Assembly: GCA_013265495.1 (NCBI GenBank)
Contig: MU057947.1
Location: 1,188,048 to 1,252,047 of the forward strand
Length of the DNA stretch: 64,000 nt
Direction of reading: 5' to 3'
Source: Vicugna vicugna
Taxonomy: Eukaryota
Position 1 is the stretch's first letter; each line of letters begins with the position of its first letter. Both the position numbers and the translations under genes were made by a program. Positions 11,981 to 25,060 of the stretch are shown piece after piece. Under the pieces are notes generated by a model. It saw nothing but the letters and a program-made list of their open reading frames with translations. It was not told the origin of the DNA and did no database searches.

Positions 11981-13374
11981 ACCCCTCTGCTATGGAATCA
12001 GGATCTTCAGGAATGGGGCTAAGAGTCTATATTTTGATTTTATGTCCCAAGCATATATGTCACTGGTCCTCAATCAGTATTTGCAAACAATCACTGGCCT
12101 AGAAGGTGTTTTGATATCTCTTCCTTTTGTATTAGTTTATTTCTGTCTTTGATTTCTCAGATTACCTGGAAGACATGCCCGTTCTACAGTTTTTGTTTCC
12201 AAGAGGAATGCTTTTAATATCGTGTCCTCTCCATTGTGCAGAGACTGAGATGCAAACAGACATATAACAAAGATTCCTGCCTCGTTTGGAAATCCTGTTA
12301 GTGATGGCCTTGCTCTCATGTTCCTTGGACCTCACGAAAAGGACTGTGTATGCTGGAATTTGAGGTTGTGTTTCTCTCTCTCTTTTTTTCTAGTGTTTCT
12401 GTAGTATTGATACTTAAATCTCATAACAAGAACTTGTAAAAAGAAACATGCCAGCAATAACCTGCTCTCAGTGTCCAAGGCCAAGGGAGGTGTCCTCCAG
12501 CGGGATGTAGCCACATACATCCGTGACAAAGTGCTCCTTGTCCTAGTGTCCGGGAAGCTCAGAACACCCTGTTTGCCCCATTTTGCTCTGTTTGTTGATA
12601 CAGCCTTCTCGGCCCTGCTCCTGCTCCTCGCCTCCTTCTCCTGCATCAGAGCCTCCTGTTGTGCCGTTCCCCAGCTCCTCCGGCAGTTGGTGGTGAAAGT
12701 GGTCAGTGCGGGGCCAGCCCGTAATCCCTGACTGCACCTGGCTGTTGGCACCGCTGTGACCGTGGCACGACTGTCCTCCAGCCAGCGTGCCCTCCTGTCC
12801 CCTGAGGTGGCTGTTTCACATCTTCCCTAATCTCCTCAAACCTCTGCCCCTGCCCCAGCTTCCACGCCCACTCTGAGCCCATAGTCACCCTCGCAAGAAG
12901 TGGCAGCTGCCATCGGGGACTCCTCGTTTTCCTACAGACTCCTCTGCGTCCGCACACCTCTCTTCCCCGTCTTTCCTGCCCGGGTACAGGAGGCAGCCTC
13001 TTGCCGGCTGGGGGCTCCCCCTCCGCCCCCCACCCCAGCTGGGTTCACTCTGCTCTCTCCCACAGCTGCGGTGCCTCCCTCTCTTCCTAGTCCTGGCTCT
13101 CGGCGTTCAAACATGCTCCATTTTACACGACTTAAAATGGAAAATTCTACCCAGTTCCACTGCCCTCCATCTCGTGCTTATTTGTCAGATTTCTTGGATG
13201 AGATTCTGGGTGTTTCCCTCCATGAGCTGCTCAGCCCGCCTCCATCTGCCCTCTCCTCCAACCATGGGCACCAGTGCATGGACATCGCTTTGGGTGGAGG
13301 GTGGGCGGTGGGAAGGACCATTTGAGCCTTCAGCTTCCACGGGGCTGCAGCGCCCAGTGACCTGGAGCTGGACC

Positions 13375-13530
13375 CTGTCGGTGCAAATTCCAGTGTTGCT
13401 GGGGGTTCCCAGCCTGACTCTCTCCAGGCCTTGGTTTCCCCTCGTATAAAATGGGAAGCTGACTGGTGAGGGCTCTCCCCGCGGGGCTGCTGTGAGCCAT
13501 CCGTCCACGAGATCACACGCCTGGAACAGG
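13375..13530 (+). mobile_element. MIR SINE (GC-shifted)
   Basis: CTCTCTCCAGGCCTTGGTTTCCCCTCGTATAAAATGGG...GGGGCTGCTGTGAG resembles the MIR core. Confidence 0.6.
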
Positions 13531-14282
13531 GGACGCCCCCCGGCCGGAGGCTGCCTCCCGCCGCCTGCGGCTTCCCTCCTTTTATCACCGGTGTGAAGCC
13601 GCTGCCATGGCTTGGCCTCTGAGCAGCACTGACACGCTCAGCACTGGGCACCCCCTCAGCGTCCTCTTTCATCTCTTCTCTGGCAGCCGCGGGGCCGAGC
13701 GGGCTGGAGGCGAGCCCTCGCTACCCCGGTGCCCCAGTGCCCCGGCTCCTCGTCTGCGCTGTCAGGAGCCCTACCAGCCACCTGCGCTCTGATCCGTGTG
13801 CACCTTCCCCAGACAGACAGCGGTCATTAGAGGGGAGAAGCGTGCACGTCCTGTGTTGTGACCTGCCACACTCCCTGCAGGCCAACGCCGGCTGGATGTT
13901 TGTGCCAGTTGTCGCTCTGCAGGGGGCTGCCGTGACCAGGTGGCCAAGCCGTGCTGCCCAGCCGGCCTGCGCAACCACGCATGATGGCCCGCGGCTCTGC
14001 CAGCGCTCGCCCGCCTCCTGGCTCTGTCTGCTCTGACACCAGTCACGTACTCCTGTGTTCCCACAGTGACACATCTGGGTGAGCTCTGTCTGCAGTGCCG
14101 CCTGGACTCTGCAGTGCTGGGTTGCTTGGGCATCCCTGTCATTTTCCGGGGGAACCGTTCTCACTCTCCTGGCCACCCCCAGACTTCCCCTCCCTCTCCA
14201 GGGGTGCCGTGTCTCTCACGTCCATTGTCACCAGAGCTGGTCGACCCAAGGGATGGGGCCCCAGTGCTGGTCTGGAAGCAGG

Positions 14283-14763
14283 TGTTGACTGAAAAAAAAA
14301 GCAAACCTAAAAGCTGAGAATTGTGTTTTACTCCGTGGACTTTCTGAGGACCTGAGCCTGGGAGGCAGCCTCTCAGAGGGCTCTGAGGGACGGCTCCGGA
14401 GAGGCCGGGAGGAGCCAGGACATACAGGTGTCTTTACCACAGAGACCAGGTAGTCGGAACATCAAAAGATGGCTGTTAATGAAAGAAAGCCAGGCGTCTC
14501 AAGGAATTTAGTGCTTTTCTATGCATGTGAAGATGCAAAAGTCTGGGCTCACTGGAATCCTTCCTCTGATCTGCACCTGAGCTGCCGGGGCCAGTGTCCT
14601 GCGCTTTCCTGTCCTGCATCCCCTCGGGGGCACCGCTGGGGGCTTCCTCCTGGTCTCCATCCTGAGTCCCCTCCGCTCACTGTTGGGGGCGGTGGTGACA
14701 GCTGGTGACCTGATGAACACAGCATCCTTTGTGCACTGATGTGGCTGCAATATTTCTCATTCA
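14283..14763 (-). mobile_element. ERV1-class solo LTR (cetartiodactyl family)
   Basis: TG...CA ends and a candidate 4-bp TSD CAGG (14279-82) / CCGG (14764-67) with one mismatch. AACCTAAAAGCTGAGAATTGTGTTTTAC...GGCAGCCTCTCAGAGGGCTCTGAGGGAC resembles an artiodactyl ERV1 LTR in reverse. Confidence 0.8.
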
Positions 14764-17700
14764 CCGGGGGCTTGCATCTCCTCTTGGAAAGCATTCTGCA
14801 TCAGCTCAAGGCTGCAGAGGGCTCCCCAGAGTGGGGATCCCCGGGTACCCCAGGGCACAAGTGTTGGTTCTAACTTTGCAGTAAGGTGGCAGGCAAACCT
14901 GCTTGGACTTTTAAATCTAATTTTCTTCTGCTTTGCGGTATCGGCGATGGGCACACTCCGTATAGGAGCTCTTACGGGCAGTGCTCAGGGACCCCAGCGG
15001 GTCCTGGGCAAGGCGGCGACGGTGTGGGGGTGATGAGCTGGGGTCCCTCAGGCTACAGCCCCTTTCTTCTGTCTCCGCCAGGGGCAGGGCTGTGAGGATT
15101 TCTGACAACCAGGGGCCAGGTCACCTGGCTTTGCAGGCAAGGCCTTTGCAATGTTTCCGGTTCAGAGCAGAGTCTGGTTTTTGGGAATTGGTACAAAATA
15201 TGCAGAAAAGAAAGCAAAGCCTTGGCCTCCTGGCTCCGCACAGCCCTTCAGGCTGGAAAGGCAGGACGTCCCTGGGAGGGGCAGAGCTGGACAGCGGGCC
15301 TGGCTTGGTGCACAGAGCCCGCCAGGGTGGTCCCCACCGCCTGGCCCAGGAGGGCGCTTGCCCAGGTGCCGCCGCAGTGTCCTGGCCTTGCCCCGACGCT
15401 GAGCCTGGCTTCCCTCTGGATAGTCCATCGGAGTCACAGCAGCCTCTTTGAAATCGCTTCCTCAGCGGGTTTGCCAGAGCTGAAGGGCCAGCGTGGGGGC
15501 CTGACTGGAGGGCCCTCAGCCCCAGGTCAGGGCAGGGCGGCTCCTGCACTGACCCAGCTGGCCCGGACCCCCCAGGCCCTCTTACCTTGTTCAGGGACGC
15601 AGTCTGGGCTGGGCCTTTGCTTTGTGACCGTGGGGCCCATAGCCGCTCAGTGCTCGCCCAGTTTCGCTGTTCCAGCTGGCCGGTGTGCCTCCCAGCCCTC
15701 TGTCCAGGGCTGGGACCTGTTCTGCTTTGTCAGGCCGATAAAGCCATTATCAATGGACAGTGGCCGTGGAGGGTGCTGCTGGAGCCCGGCCTGCCCTCCC
15801 AGCGCCTCTGACTTCAGCCCCGGCTACCGCGGGCGTCCTGGCCGGGTCCCTCCACGAGCCCCTAGGCCTCCTGGATGCTGTGGGAGGGGCCACAGGTGCA
15901 GCCAGGAAAGGTGACACAGTAAGCCCCACGGGGGAGGGGGGCTGGTGGACATGGGCTGCAGCACCTACCTGTGCTCCAGGTGGGCGCCTCCGGGGGTCTG
16001 GGGACTCTCCCTGCTGGCTTGTCCCCCTCCCTGTGCTGCTCCCACTGCCCCTCCTTGTCAAGGGTCCGTTTCCATCTAAATGCCTTTTTTGTGCTGGCTC
16101 AGATGAACGCGGAAGGGAGGGGCTCATGTGGCCGCCTTGGAAGCAGGTGGTGCTGGGGTGGTTTTCTGAGGGGCTCCAAGTTCCGGAGGAGGTGGGCTGT
16201 GTCTGGCATTGAGGAATCCTTGCTGCTCGGGGCAGGGGTCCCAGCTAAGAAGCTGGCATCAGGGTTCTGTGCATGCATCGCCGCTCCCTGCTGCTCCTCC
16301 CTGAGCTGAGACACGTGGCTTCCACCACTTCCTGGAGAGAGGCCGTTGGGCAGGTGCCTGGGGTGGGAGAGCCCTGCAGGTGTGCACCTGTCTCCGGTGT
16401 CCGGTTTCACGGGCCTCCCCCACCATGGCTTTCACTATACGATGTCCTGCTGGAGAGCAGACCAGAGGACGCCTGGACTAACCCTGCACGAACCATGAAC
16501 GACAAAATAGATGTTTGTTCCCAGGGTTTAAGTGAATGAATAATACATCAGAGAAGGCAGCTCTCAAGTCATATTTGCAGCACCTCCGACTGTGGCCCCA
16601 CCGCGGGGTTGGGCTTCGGAGCCGGGCCGCGAGGCATGAGAGCCGCTGTGGTTTGCGAAGTGCCCTGGGTTGGTGGTGCCTTTCGTTTTCGCGGCTGCGC
16701 AAAGCTCTGGTTTCCCCTAGAGAAGCTGGAAGATGGAATTGTGCGTTTCAGCGTGATTCTTAATATTCACATCTCAGCGGGGCTTCCTAAGTGCCAAGTT
16801 GATACTTCCGTGCAGTGGCAGGGGAGCAGAGCCTCGTTCAATTCTGAGCCGTTTGCAGCAATGCCATGGGGTGTGTCTGTTGCTGTTGCTTCAGGGTTTT
16901 GTTGTTTGTGTCTGCCTGAATAAACTCTTGAGCGTTGGTGTGGTGGGGAAACGACAAAAACAAACCAAACCCACCTCACCTCTCCATCACGGTGCTGCCC
17001 TGTCTTGACCTCCTGGGTCGGACTGTCCTTTGGGAGATGTCCGGAGAGCAAGTATGCACGTGGGATGTCGGGCTGTGTCATCCTCGCCCCTGGAAACGCT
17101 CCCCGTGCTCCAGGCTGAATTGGCCGGCGCGGGCAGCAGTGTTGACCACTGGCAGCAGATGACCTCACACGGGACTCTGGCGGGCACTGGAGACCCTCTT
17201 CCCAGGAGTCACAGATATTTTATACACAGCGTGTTGAGAATGATTGCAGGGGGGTTGTGGGCCAGCTGAACACCTCCCCCAACACACCGCAGCTGAAAAA
17301 CAAATTTCTGTGGGAAAGAAGGCTCCTGGCTGGATATCTGAGAATCATGGACTGTTTGGGGGAAAACAGGGCAGCAGACTCCAGGCCATGTGTCCCCGTC
17401 ACCTGGTGTTCCTGTGGCACACAAGACGGGGCTTTGCTGGTTCCCAGCCCCAAGCAAAGGGCTGACAGGAAGCAGTGCTGTCCTGAGGGAGCCTGGGAGA
17501 GCCACCAGCAGCGTCACATTGGGAGCTAGGAGCACACGAGTGGCTGTCCCTGTCCCGATGCAAGAGGAGACCACGGGCCCACTGGCCTGCGTTGGACTTT
17601 GGCGCACATGTAGCCCCACTTGGTGTTGGACTGCATCCTACCCACCAATGTCCCTGGATGGGTCTTATTTCTGTCATTGTCATGCAGTCTTCAGGGAACA

Positions 17701-18109
17701 TAACATTAGGGGGACAGAACGGTGTATTTCATCCCATTTCATTATTTGGGTGTTTTGCACAATCATTTTCCAGGGCTGTGCCATTCTGCAGTTTCTTGAA
17801 GAAAAATCAAACTACACCTCTACTTGGGTTGGTGTCAGCGGTTATGTAAATGTAATATGAACAAAAATTAAGGAGGCTGTAATAAAAATATGCTGGGGTG
17901 TATTTAATAAACTGGTTCTTATGGAACCCCCATGTTATTGTGCAGATTATGTGGTCCCACAGAACTTGTTTCTCTTGAACTCTTTTGATAAAAGTTTAGA
18001 AAACCTTAGACAGATGCATGATACTGCCTTGTGGCTTTTTCTTGTGGTGTTAATTTTCTTTTTCTTACTTTACAGTATATCTGAAAATGTCCTTGTTTGC
18101 CTTCATTAT

Positions 18110-18445
18110 TTTTTTTTCCAATTTGTGTTCAGATAGACACAATGTAAAATTGAGCATCTTCATTAACTTTAAGCATACAGGTCAGTGGTACAAAACACAT
18201 GGAAACTGTTAAGCCACCATCACCACCGTCTGCTTCCAGAGCACGTTTCATCTTGTAAAACTGAAGCTGTGACCTTGGTGAGCGCTCAGTGCCCCTCCCC
18301 AGCCCCGGCACCTGCCCTCGCCCTGTCTGTCTGAGTCTGACTGCTCTAGGGACCTCATATGGGTGGAATCATGCAACATTTATCTTTTTGTGACTGGCTG
18401 ATTTCACTTAGCATAATGTCCTCAAGGTTCATCCAAGTGTTCATT
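18110..18445 (-). mobile_element. L1MB-like 3' end
   Basis: Poly-T followed by CCACCATCACCACC, TTCATCTTGTAAAACTGAA, GACTGCTCTAGGGACCTCATATGGGTGGAATCATGCA and TTTCACTTAGCATAATGTCCTCAAGGTTCATCCA. Confidence 0.88.
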
Positions 18446-19514
18446 TTCTTTTGAGATAATGGGCCTGTCACATGTCTGTATTTATCTATGTAACAACTAA
18501 GAGAAATTCGAGTTCGCACAACCTGTGTGCGGTGAAGGCTGTGTAATGCCGTGACTGCTCATGGAGACGGAGGGCCGCGGGGAGCTCTGTGGGGTTTTTA
18601 TTTTTTTGGTGCTTTCCTTTCCTCATCTTGCTTCCTAACTGCGTGGGATTCTTCCTGAATACTCTGTCCCCAGAGAGGCGGCGTGTCCTTTTCTTTTCAG
18701 TGGAACTTGTGCTGTGGTGGCGGGGACTGTCTAGATGGCACGCTCTGAAATTCAGTCCAGGCTGCCTGACCCTGGAATAAAGAGAGAGGAGGCAGTGGAG
18801 CCTTGCCCGCTTCTTGACATCACAGTTGTGCAAGCCCTGCTGGCTGTGAGACGGGTACAGGGCACCCAAACCAGCGACGGGGACAAAGCGGGTAAGGCTA
18901 ACCAGAGGGGAGGCAGGAGAGCTCCCTGGCGCGAGCTGGTAGGTGCGGAGCAGGAGGGAGGTGTCGGCGGGAGCGGATGCCCTGTTAGACTGACGTGTGC
19001 TGTGCCCTCCCGGTGCTCGGACCTGCGTGTCTGTCCCCTGCGGCTCTCCCGACGGAACCAGCGCTGCTTGGAGAGCGCTGGAGTCCACGTTTGAAGACGG
19101 GCCTGCAACACCTTGTGGGGAAACAAGGATGCATCCACTACTGGGGGAGGTGGCGACAACACAGCCAGACCCGAGGGGACGCCACTGACTGACGTGTTAT
19201 AGCTTGAACTTCAGACCTCAGTGCTTACAGCTGAATTTGTGGAGGGCTGTAAATCCAGGATGATACTCAGAAGGAGCAAAAAATACTACGTGGGTTAGAA
19301 AAATGTCACAGCAATGAATGGGAATATTAATCATTTCCACAGGTTAGGAGCTATACATCATGACCCATGATTCCTCGTGCAAGACCGCACCTCGGGGTCT
19401 GGGGAGGGAACAGGGAAGGAAGTTGTGAACGTGGTCTTGGTAAAAATTCCATTGCAAAAGCACCTGGCTGATGAATATTAAACAAGGCGCTGGAACCCAG
19501 GGGACCCAGCAGGC

Positions 19515-19545
19515 CTGCTGGGATGCTGGGATGCTGGGATGCTGG
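19515..19545. repeat. short tandem repeat (GGGATGCT)x3
   Basis: Directly visible 8-bp unit. Confidence 0.85.
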
Positions 19546-19964
19546 TGCTATTTAAAGACGCCTGGCGCTGACACTGCTACCTGGTCTCTGAGAGGTGACG
19601 CAGAACTCGGTGACCCCTGAGAACCGTGACGGTATTTGATGTGCATAAGAATTTCCCGTGAAGGGCAAAGAAGATTTGCATAAGTCCTTCATGACCACTG
19701 ATGTGGGCCTCCCAGCATCAAAGAACCTCGGCACAAGGAGAATTAGCTCCTTTCTGTTAAGGCCCCAGTTTGCTGATTTGTGTAGGAAGTGCTGGCACCA
19801 TCTGTGGCCCCTCCTTCCAGCCCCAGCTGGGGCCTCTGTTCAGCATCTGGGGAAGCGTCTGTGTCTGCGTCTCATTTCTACACGAGGAGGTGGGGTGCAC
19901 GGGTGTGTGACTGTGAGCGAGCGTGTGAGTGTAAGAGGGTGTGGGTGCTGGTCCTGGCTGGGGT

Positions 19965-20160
19965 GACTGACGGATGGTGAAGACAATGAGCATGTTGGAC
20001 TTGAGGTGCCTTTGGGACATCAAGTCAGTGGTTGGAAGTCTGGGTCTGGGGCTGTGGGAAGGTCAGGCCCTTCGGAGACCCTGCCATAGGGATGGTAGAT
20101 GCGGTCATCTAGGATGGCTGACAGAAGAGGGCAAAGGTTGGGGCTCTGTGCAGTCCCAGG
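19965..20160 (-). mobile_element. L2 fragment
   Basis: CATGTTGGACTTGAGGTGCCTTTGGGACATC...GGTTGGAAGTCTGGGTCTGG resembles antisense L2. Confidence 0.55.
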
Positions 20161-20319
20161 TGCCGTGATGGGGAGCAAGTCCCCTCTGTGGGGCTGGGAG
20201 CTGGGGGTGGTGCCAGCCTCCCCCCTCCCCAGAGACGGCCCCACTCTTGGGACTCCAGATTCAGGAGGGAGCTTGGAAGTCACCTGGTCAGAACCCTGGC
20301 TCCGACAGATACCAGCTGA

Positions 20320-20485
20320 GCGACGTTGGGTGAGGGGCTGAACCCTGAGTCTCAGTTTCCTCATCCATGAAGATGCTGAAGGTGGCCTCCTCCTCGCGTG
20401 GCAAGGCCTCCGGGACATGGTGTGTGAGACGCCGGGAAGGTGCCCGGCACGTAGTAGGCCCTCAGACGTCCTCCTTGTCTTATTA
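20320..20485 (+). mobile_element. MIR SINE
   Basis: CTGAGTCTCAGTTTCCTCATC core and GTGCCCGGCACGTAGTAGGCCCTCA tail. Confidence 0.75.
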
Positions 20486-22157
20486 ATTAGGGTGCCGTCA
20501 GCTGCTTTCTGGAACATTCCCAGCGTATGGACTTGGCTAGAGTAACCCCTCGGCTGGGCTCCTCAGACCCTCAGTGGGGTCTCCTCGGCAGCTGAGCCCA
20601 GGGGATTGTTTAGACATTCCCTCCGCCTGCCTGCTTCCGGAGAGGGCAGTGCCCACGTCCTGCGGGGGCCCGCAGACCCCGGGCCGCTCCTGGGCGCTGG
20701 CTCCCTCCTGCTCAGCTTTCTTCTGCAGGGACTGCGGGCGAGGGCTTCCCTCGGCTGGCTGGGAGGCAGAGAGAGAGCAGGGTAAAGGATTTGCATTTAT
20801 TTCGAATGAAATGCTCCATCTGGTCTCCGTGTGTTGGTAGCCCCGCGTCCTGCGGGCCTGGGCGGCAGACACCGCTGAGTTCGTGGGCCACCTGCCGGGC
20901 TGCTGAAGACCTTCTTTCTGGATGTCAGGTTCTTTGAAAAAAATGCGTCGAGTTTAATGGTAAACTCTAAGGAAAGTCTGGTTTGAGTTGCTTTTAGGTA
21001 CAGATTTATGAAATTGTAATGAAATAATAATGTAAGGAAAAGCACCGATCCTGGATGTGTATTAACATCAGGACAAGATAATTCAGAGGATATTTCCCAT
21101 ACACCACATTTTGAAAAGTGCAAGCTAGTGTTTTCTCAGAATGATCAACACTCCTTATTTTGTTGCCCAGGAATTGGGTGACGTCCTTTCAGTTAAAGTC
21201 CTGGCCCTTCTGTCTAAGCGTGGACTCGGGGTCTGCCTCAGGCCGTCTGTTGCTCTCGACTCCAGGCAGGGCTGCATGTTGGGGGGTGTTGGATGGAATC
21301 CTTTCTGCATCCTGCTGAGGGCATGTCTACAGGGAGAGACCTCCCGACTCCCTCTTCCACGCCCCCCACTGCCACCCACCCCCACCCACAGCCTGTCATC
21401 CCGAGGGGAGGAGTGGGGCGGGGCGGGGACTGAGGGTCCCTGGGAGCCGTGTTTGGGGGTTTCTGTGCAGCAGCAGGAAAGCCGGGCTCTGGGCTTGAGG
21501 CCTCAATGGGCCTTGGCTCCCTGCCTGGGGCACCTCGGTCTCTGCAGAACGTCTGGCTCCCGTTTAATTCCTCGAAAGGTGGGAATTGCATTGAGGCGTC
21601 TGCTCTTGGCTGTAGGCACGTGTTCTGACTGAAACCGCGCCTTCAGAGGTATCAGTGTGTTTCCCTTGTGGTCCAGGGAGACTCTGGGACATTTAGGAAT
21701 CCTTCGTCCACGTTTCTTCCACACCCTAAACGTCTTTGGCTCCCGTCGCGCTGTAGGGATGGAGGCACGTTAGGGCACAGCCCCCTCCCTCCCGCTGGGC
21801 CCCAGAGGAGGCTGCAGACAGAGGGGCCGGTGTGACTCACCGCTTCCGCCTGCCTGGTCCCTGCTGTGATCCTGCTGTGAAGCCGTGGCTAGCAGAGGTT
21901 AAGGGCCAGTTGGGGGCCAACGGCTGGCAGAGCCACGAGTGGCCTGAGAGGAGGTCCTGCCCGGGCGTGGGTGTTCTGGTGGGAAGGAGACAGCTCTGGA
22001 AGGTGGGCTCCTCCAGAGGTGGCTTCTCTTCAGTGGATGTGCCGCTGTGACTACAGGGCAGGTCACGGTGGACCAGGGAGCAGCGGCTCTAAGCTGAGGA
22101 GTTCGTTTTCAAGAACTAGGTCCAGTCAAGGGCTAGTTGAGGAAGAACAGCGAGCTT

Positions 22158-22544
22158 TTCTTTATTAGTTGAAGTAGAGCTGATGTGCAGTGTCCTGATA
22201 GATTACGTTTGGTAACACAGTGATTCAGTTATATATATATATTTTTTTTTCTTTTTCATCATAGGTTATTACAAGCCACTGAATACGGTTCCCAGAAGGA
22301 CCTTGTTTAGCTGATTCATATGTAGTAGTTTGCATCTGCAAATCCCGAAGTCCTGATTTATCCCCCTCTCCCTTTCCCCCTTGGTAGCCGTAAGTTTGTT
22401 TTCTGTCCGTGAGTCTGTTTCTATTTTGTAAGTAAGCTCATTTGTGTCATTTTTTTGGATTCCACGTGTGAGTGGTATCATATGACATTTGTCCTTGACT
22501 GACTTCACTTAGTGTGATCATCTCTAGGTCTATCCGTGTTGCTG
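22158..22544 (-). mobile_element. cetartiodactyl L1 3' end (5'-truncated)
   Basis: Homologous within the window to 36581-37320 and 46375-47101 (shared TTTATCCCC, GATTCCAC, CTTCACTTAGTGTGATCAT blocks). Flanked by near-direct repeats. Confidence 0.88.
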
Positions 22545-22560
22545 AGAGCAGCTAACTTTT

Positions 22561-22687
22561 AAAAAAATTCTTATTTTTTGTTGAAGTGTAATTGATTTAC
22601 AATGTTAGTTTCAGGTGCACAGCAAAGCCATTCAGTTACACGTATACATGCATACGAATTTATTCAGATTCCACTCCATCACAGTAA
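22561..22687 (-). mobile_element. second, very short cetartiodactyl L1 3' end
   Basis: TTGAAGTGTAATTGATTTACAATGTTAGTTTCAGGTGCACAGCAAAG...TTCAGTTA. Flanked by CAGCTAACTT on both sides. Confidence 0.8.
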
Positions 22688-24044
22688 AGCACAGCTAACT
22701 TCCGACCAAGGAAAACTGTCTTTCAGATCCAGTTGTTCCTTCCTTTCCCTTCAGATTTTCATGCTTTTCCTCTACGAACTACTTCTGCTTATATAGGAAT
22801 TAGAGCTGGGTTTCCTGTTTGGGGTCTTTGTGGATCGTGATGCACCTGTGGACGTGAGGGAGGCCTCCGCGGCTGCACACCTGGCTCTGCTCAGGGGCAC
22901 ACGGAGGGTCTCGGGTCAAGGTTTCTGTGCGTGTCAAGTGACCCCGCCCCCCGGCCCCTCCCCCGACATGGAAATAACCCTTTCCGTCTGCTTCTCCACC
23001 AGAACAAACAAACTGAAAAAGGCCTTGGATCATTCGGCTGAATATCCAGCTTCCCTGAGTTAACAAAACAAAAGCAAACAGCACGGAAGTGCACTGTGCG
23101 TCGGGTAAGAGCTCCCCGCGTTGCTCTGCGCGTCAGCTCGCGACGCCCTCTGCCTGCTCTTTGCGCTGCCCTGTCGGCAGGTGAGGGGAGGTCTGAGCTG
23201 GTGTTTTCAGATGTGACGCCTCGTGTATGCTTTTCTTGGACCCAAAGGGGTTGGAATGAGGCGACTTACTGAAAAGCGCCTTCTGGTTTCCTTAACAGGA
23301 ACTGCTGCGTTGTGTTGTGTTCACGGGCCCTGTGTGCTGGGTTTAAGAGACCGTGTCAGCTACTGCGTACAGGTGCCTTCTCAGCACGGGCGTGCGATGC
23401 TCTGCTGTATCGTTTGGGAGCCCAGCGCGGGGGTTGATGGCGTCCTTCTGCACCGGGCGCTGGCCAGGTCTGGTGAGCTCTCACCCTGCCCTCTCAGACG
23501 CCCAGTCTTACTTGAGGGGCCGCTAGGGCTGCGGTGTGAGTGGAGGCTGCACAGGATACGACTTTGGAGGCTGTCACAGTGTCGGCAGAGAGAAGACGAG
23601 GGCTTGGCACAGAGCAGTCGGAGGGACGCAGAGCTGGGAGCAGATTCGGGGAGTTTGGGGGTAGCCTTGGATCCGGTGCTTGTTTGTGTGTGGGGGGGAC
23701 ATTCTCTGGGGTTTGCGTCTGGGTGAGTGGGTCGGGGGGAGCCCTGGAAGAGGGGCGGGTGATGAGCGCACTTCGGGGCAGGCGGGGTTTGAGGGGCTTG
23801 GGGGACCTGCAGGTGCAGAGCGTTCAGGGGAGGCGACGGGCCGCAGGGTGGCTTTGCGTCTTGCAGGCCTGAGAGTGCAGCGTGGGAGCAGCGGCAGTGT
23901 CTCCCCCCGACTTTGGCTTTCAGCGTCTTTGCCTTTTGCCCCGGGTCACCGCTCTGTTCCTCCTCTTTCTGGGGCCCGCTCTCCTTCTCTTCCCTTCTGG
24001 TGCTGGAAGCTTAGGCCACCAATGTGAGAACTTCCTTCTCTCCT

Positions 24045-25060
24045 GATGTGAGAGCTAATGCTAAAAAGTATTCCGCAAGCACTGCCTTCACTGCATCTCA
24101 CACATTTTGATGTGTTTTTATTTCACCCCATTGAAATGTTTTCTGATTCCCTTTGGGATTTCCTCTGACCCACGGGTTGTTTGGAAACGTGTTAACTTGG
24201 CCTTTTGGGGCAATTCTCAGAGATCGCTCTGGTACTGGTTTCTAGTTTAACCCCGTTTGGGTCGGAGAGCAGTTGGAGTGATTTAAATCGTTTTGTACTT
24301 GCTGAGGTCTGTTTGAGGGCCTAGGATACAGCCAGTCCTCGTGAATGCGCAGTTTCCTCCTAAGAAGAGTGTGCCGCTGTGCGGAGGTCTCGTGGGCTCG
24401 AAGTGCTGTTAGGTCCTGTGTCCTTACTGTTCCGTCTGGCTTGTTCTTTCCAGTTACTCAGAGAGGATCGCGCAGGTTTGCAACTATGTGTGTGGCTCTG
24501 TCCGCTTTGCCTTTCAGGCCTCTTAGTTCTTGCGTCACGTATCTGGAAGCTCTGTCGTTAGGTGCACGGGCGTTGGGGATTGTTGCGTCTCCGTGGTGAG
24601 CTCGCACGCCCCTCCCTGTTCCTGATGATACTCTGTGGTCTGCTTTGATGTAGATTTAGCCACCCCAGGGCTCTTTCTTCGATCAGTGCTCACGCATCGT
24701 ATCTTTTCCTCGCCTCTTGCTTTTAACGTAAGTGCGTATAAACCCGTTTACAGTATAACCCGTGTTACACACAGAGATATTGCTACAGATACGTCTTTAT
24801 ATAGAAAGTGTGTTTCTTGTAGACAGTGTATGTTTTGGTCACGCTTCTTTATTGTCTCTGTCTTTTAATTGTCTTTCTGAAGACCATTTCCACTTGCTGT
24901 AATTATCCGTAATGAATTTAAAACTGCCAGATAGCTTCTTGTTTCTTGGTCTCCGCTGATTGTCTTAGCGTACTCTTTTCTTAAACGCTTTGCCTCCTTT
25001 CTTTTACAAATTCTTCCCAGTTCCAGCCTGCAGTGCGTCTTTTCTCTCTGAAGAACGCGT
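24045..25060 (-). mobile_element. old L1 ORF2 endonuclease region, strongly GC-shifted
   Basis: Collinear with 7050-7470 (AAGCACTGCCTTCACTGCATCTCAC) and with 8640-8790 (AAGTGTGTTTCTTGTAGACAG, reverse of the QETH motif). Confidence 0.8.

Noticed and set aside
11257..12102. 281-aa and 247-aa His/Thr/Ile/Ser-rich ORFs
   Set aside because: They are by-products of a stop-free CAT/CAC array, with non-ATG starts and no domain structure.
18701..18891. AG...GT pair forming a possible exon
   Set aside because: Such pseudo-exon pairs are abundant. It has no coding similarity or distinctive flanks.
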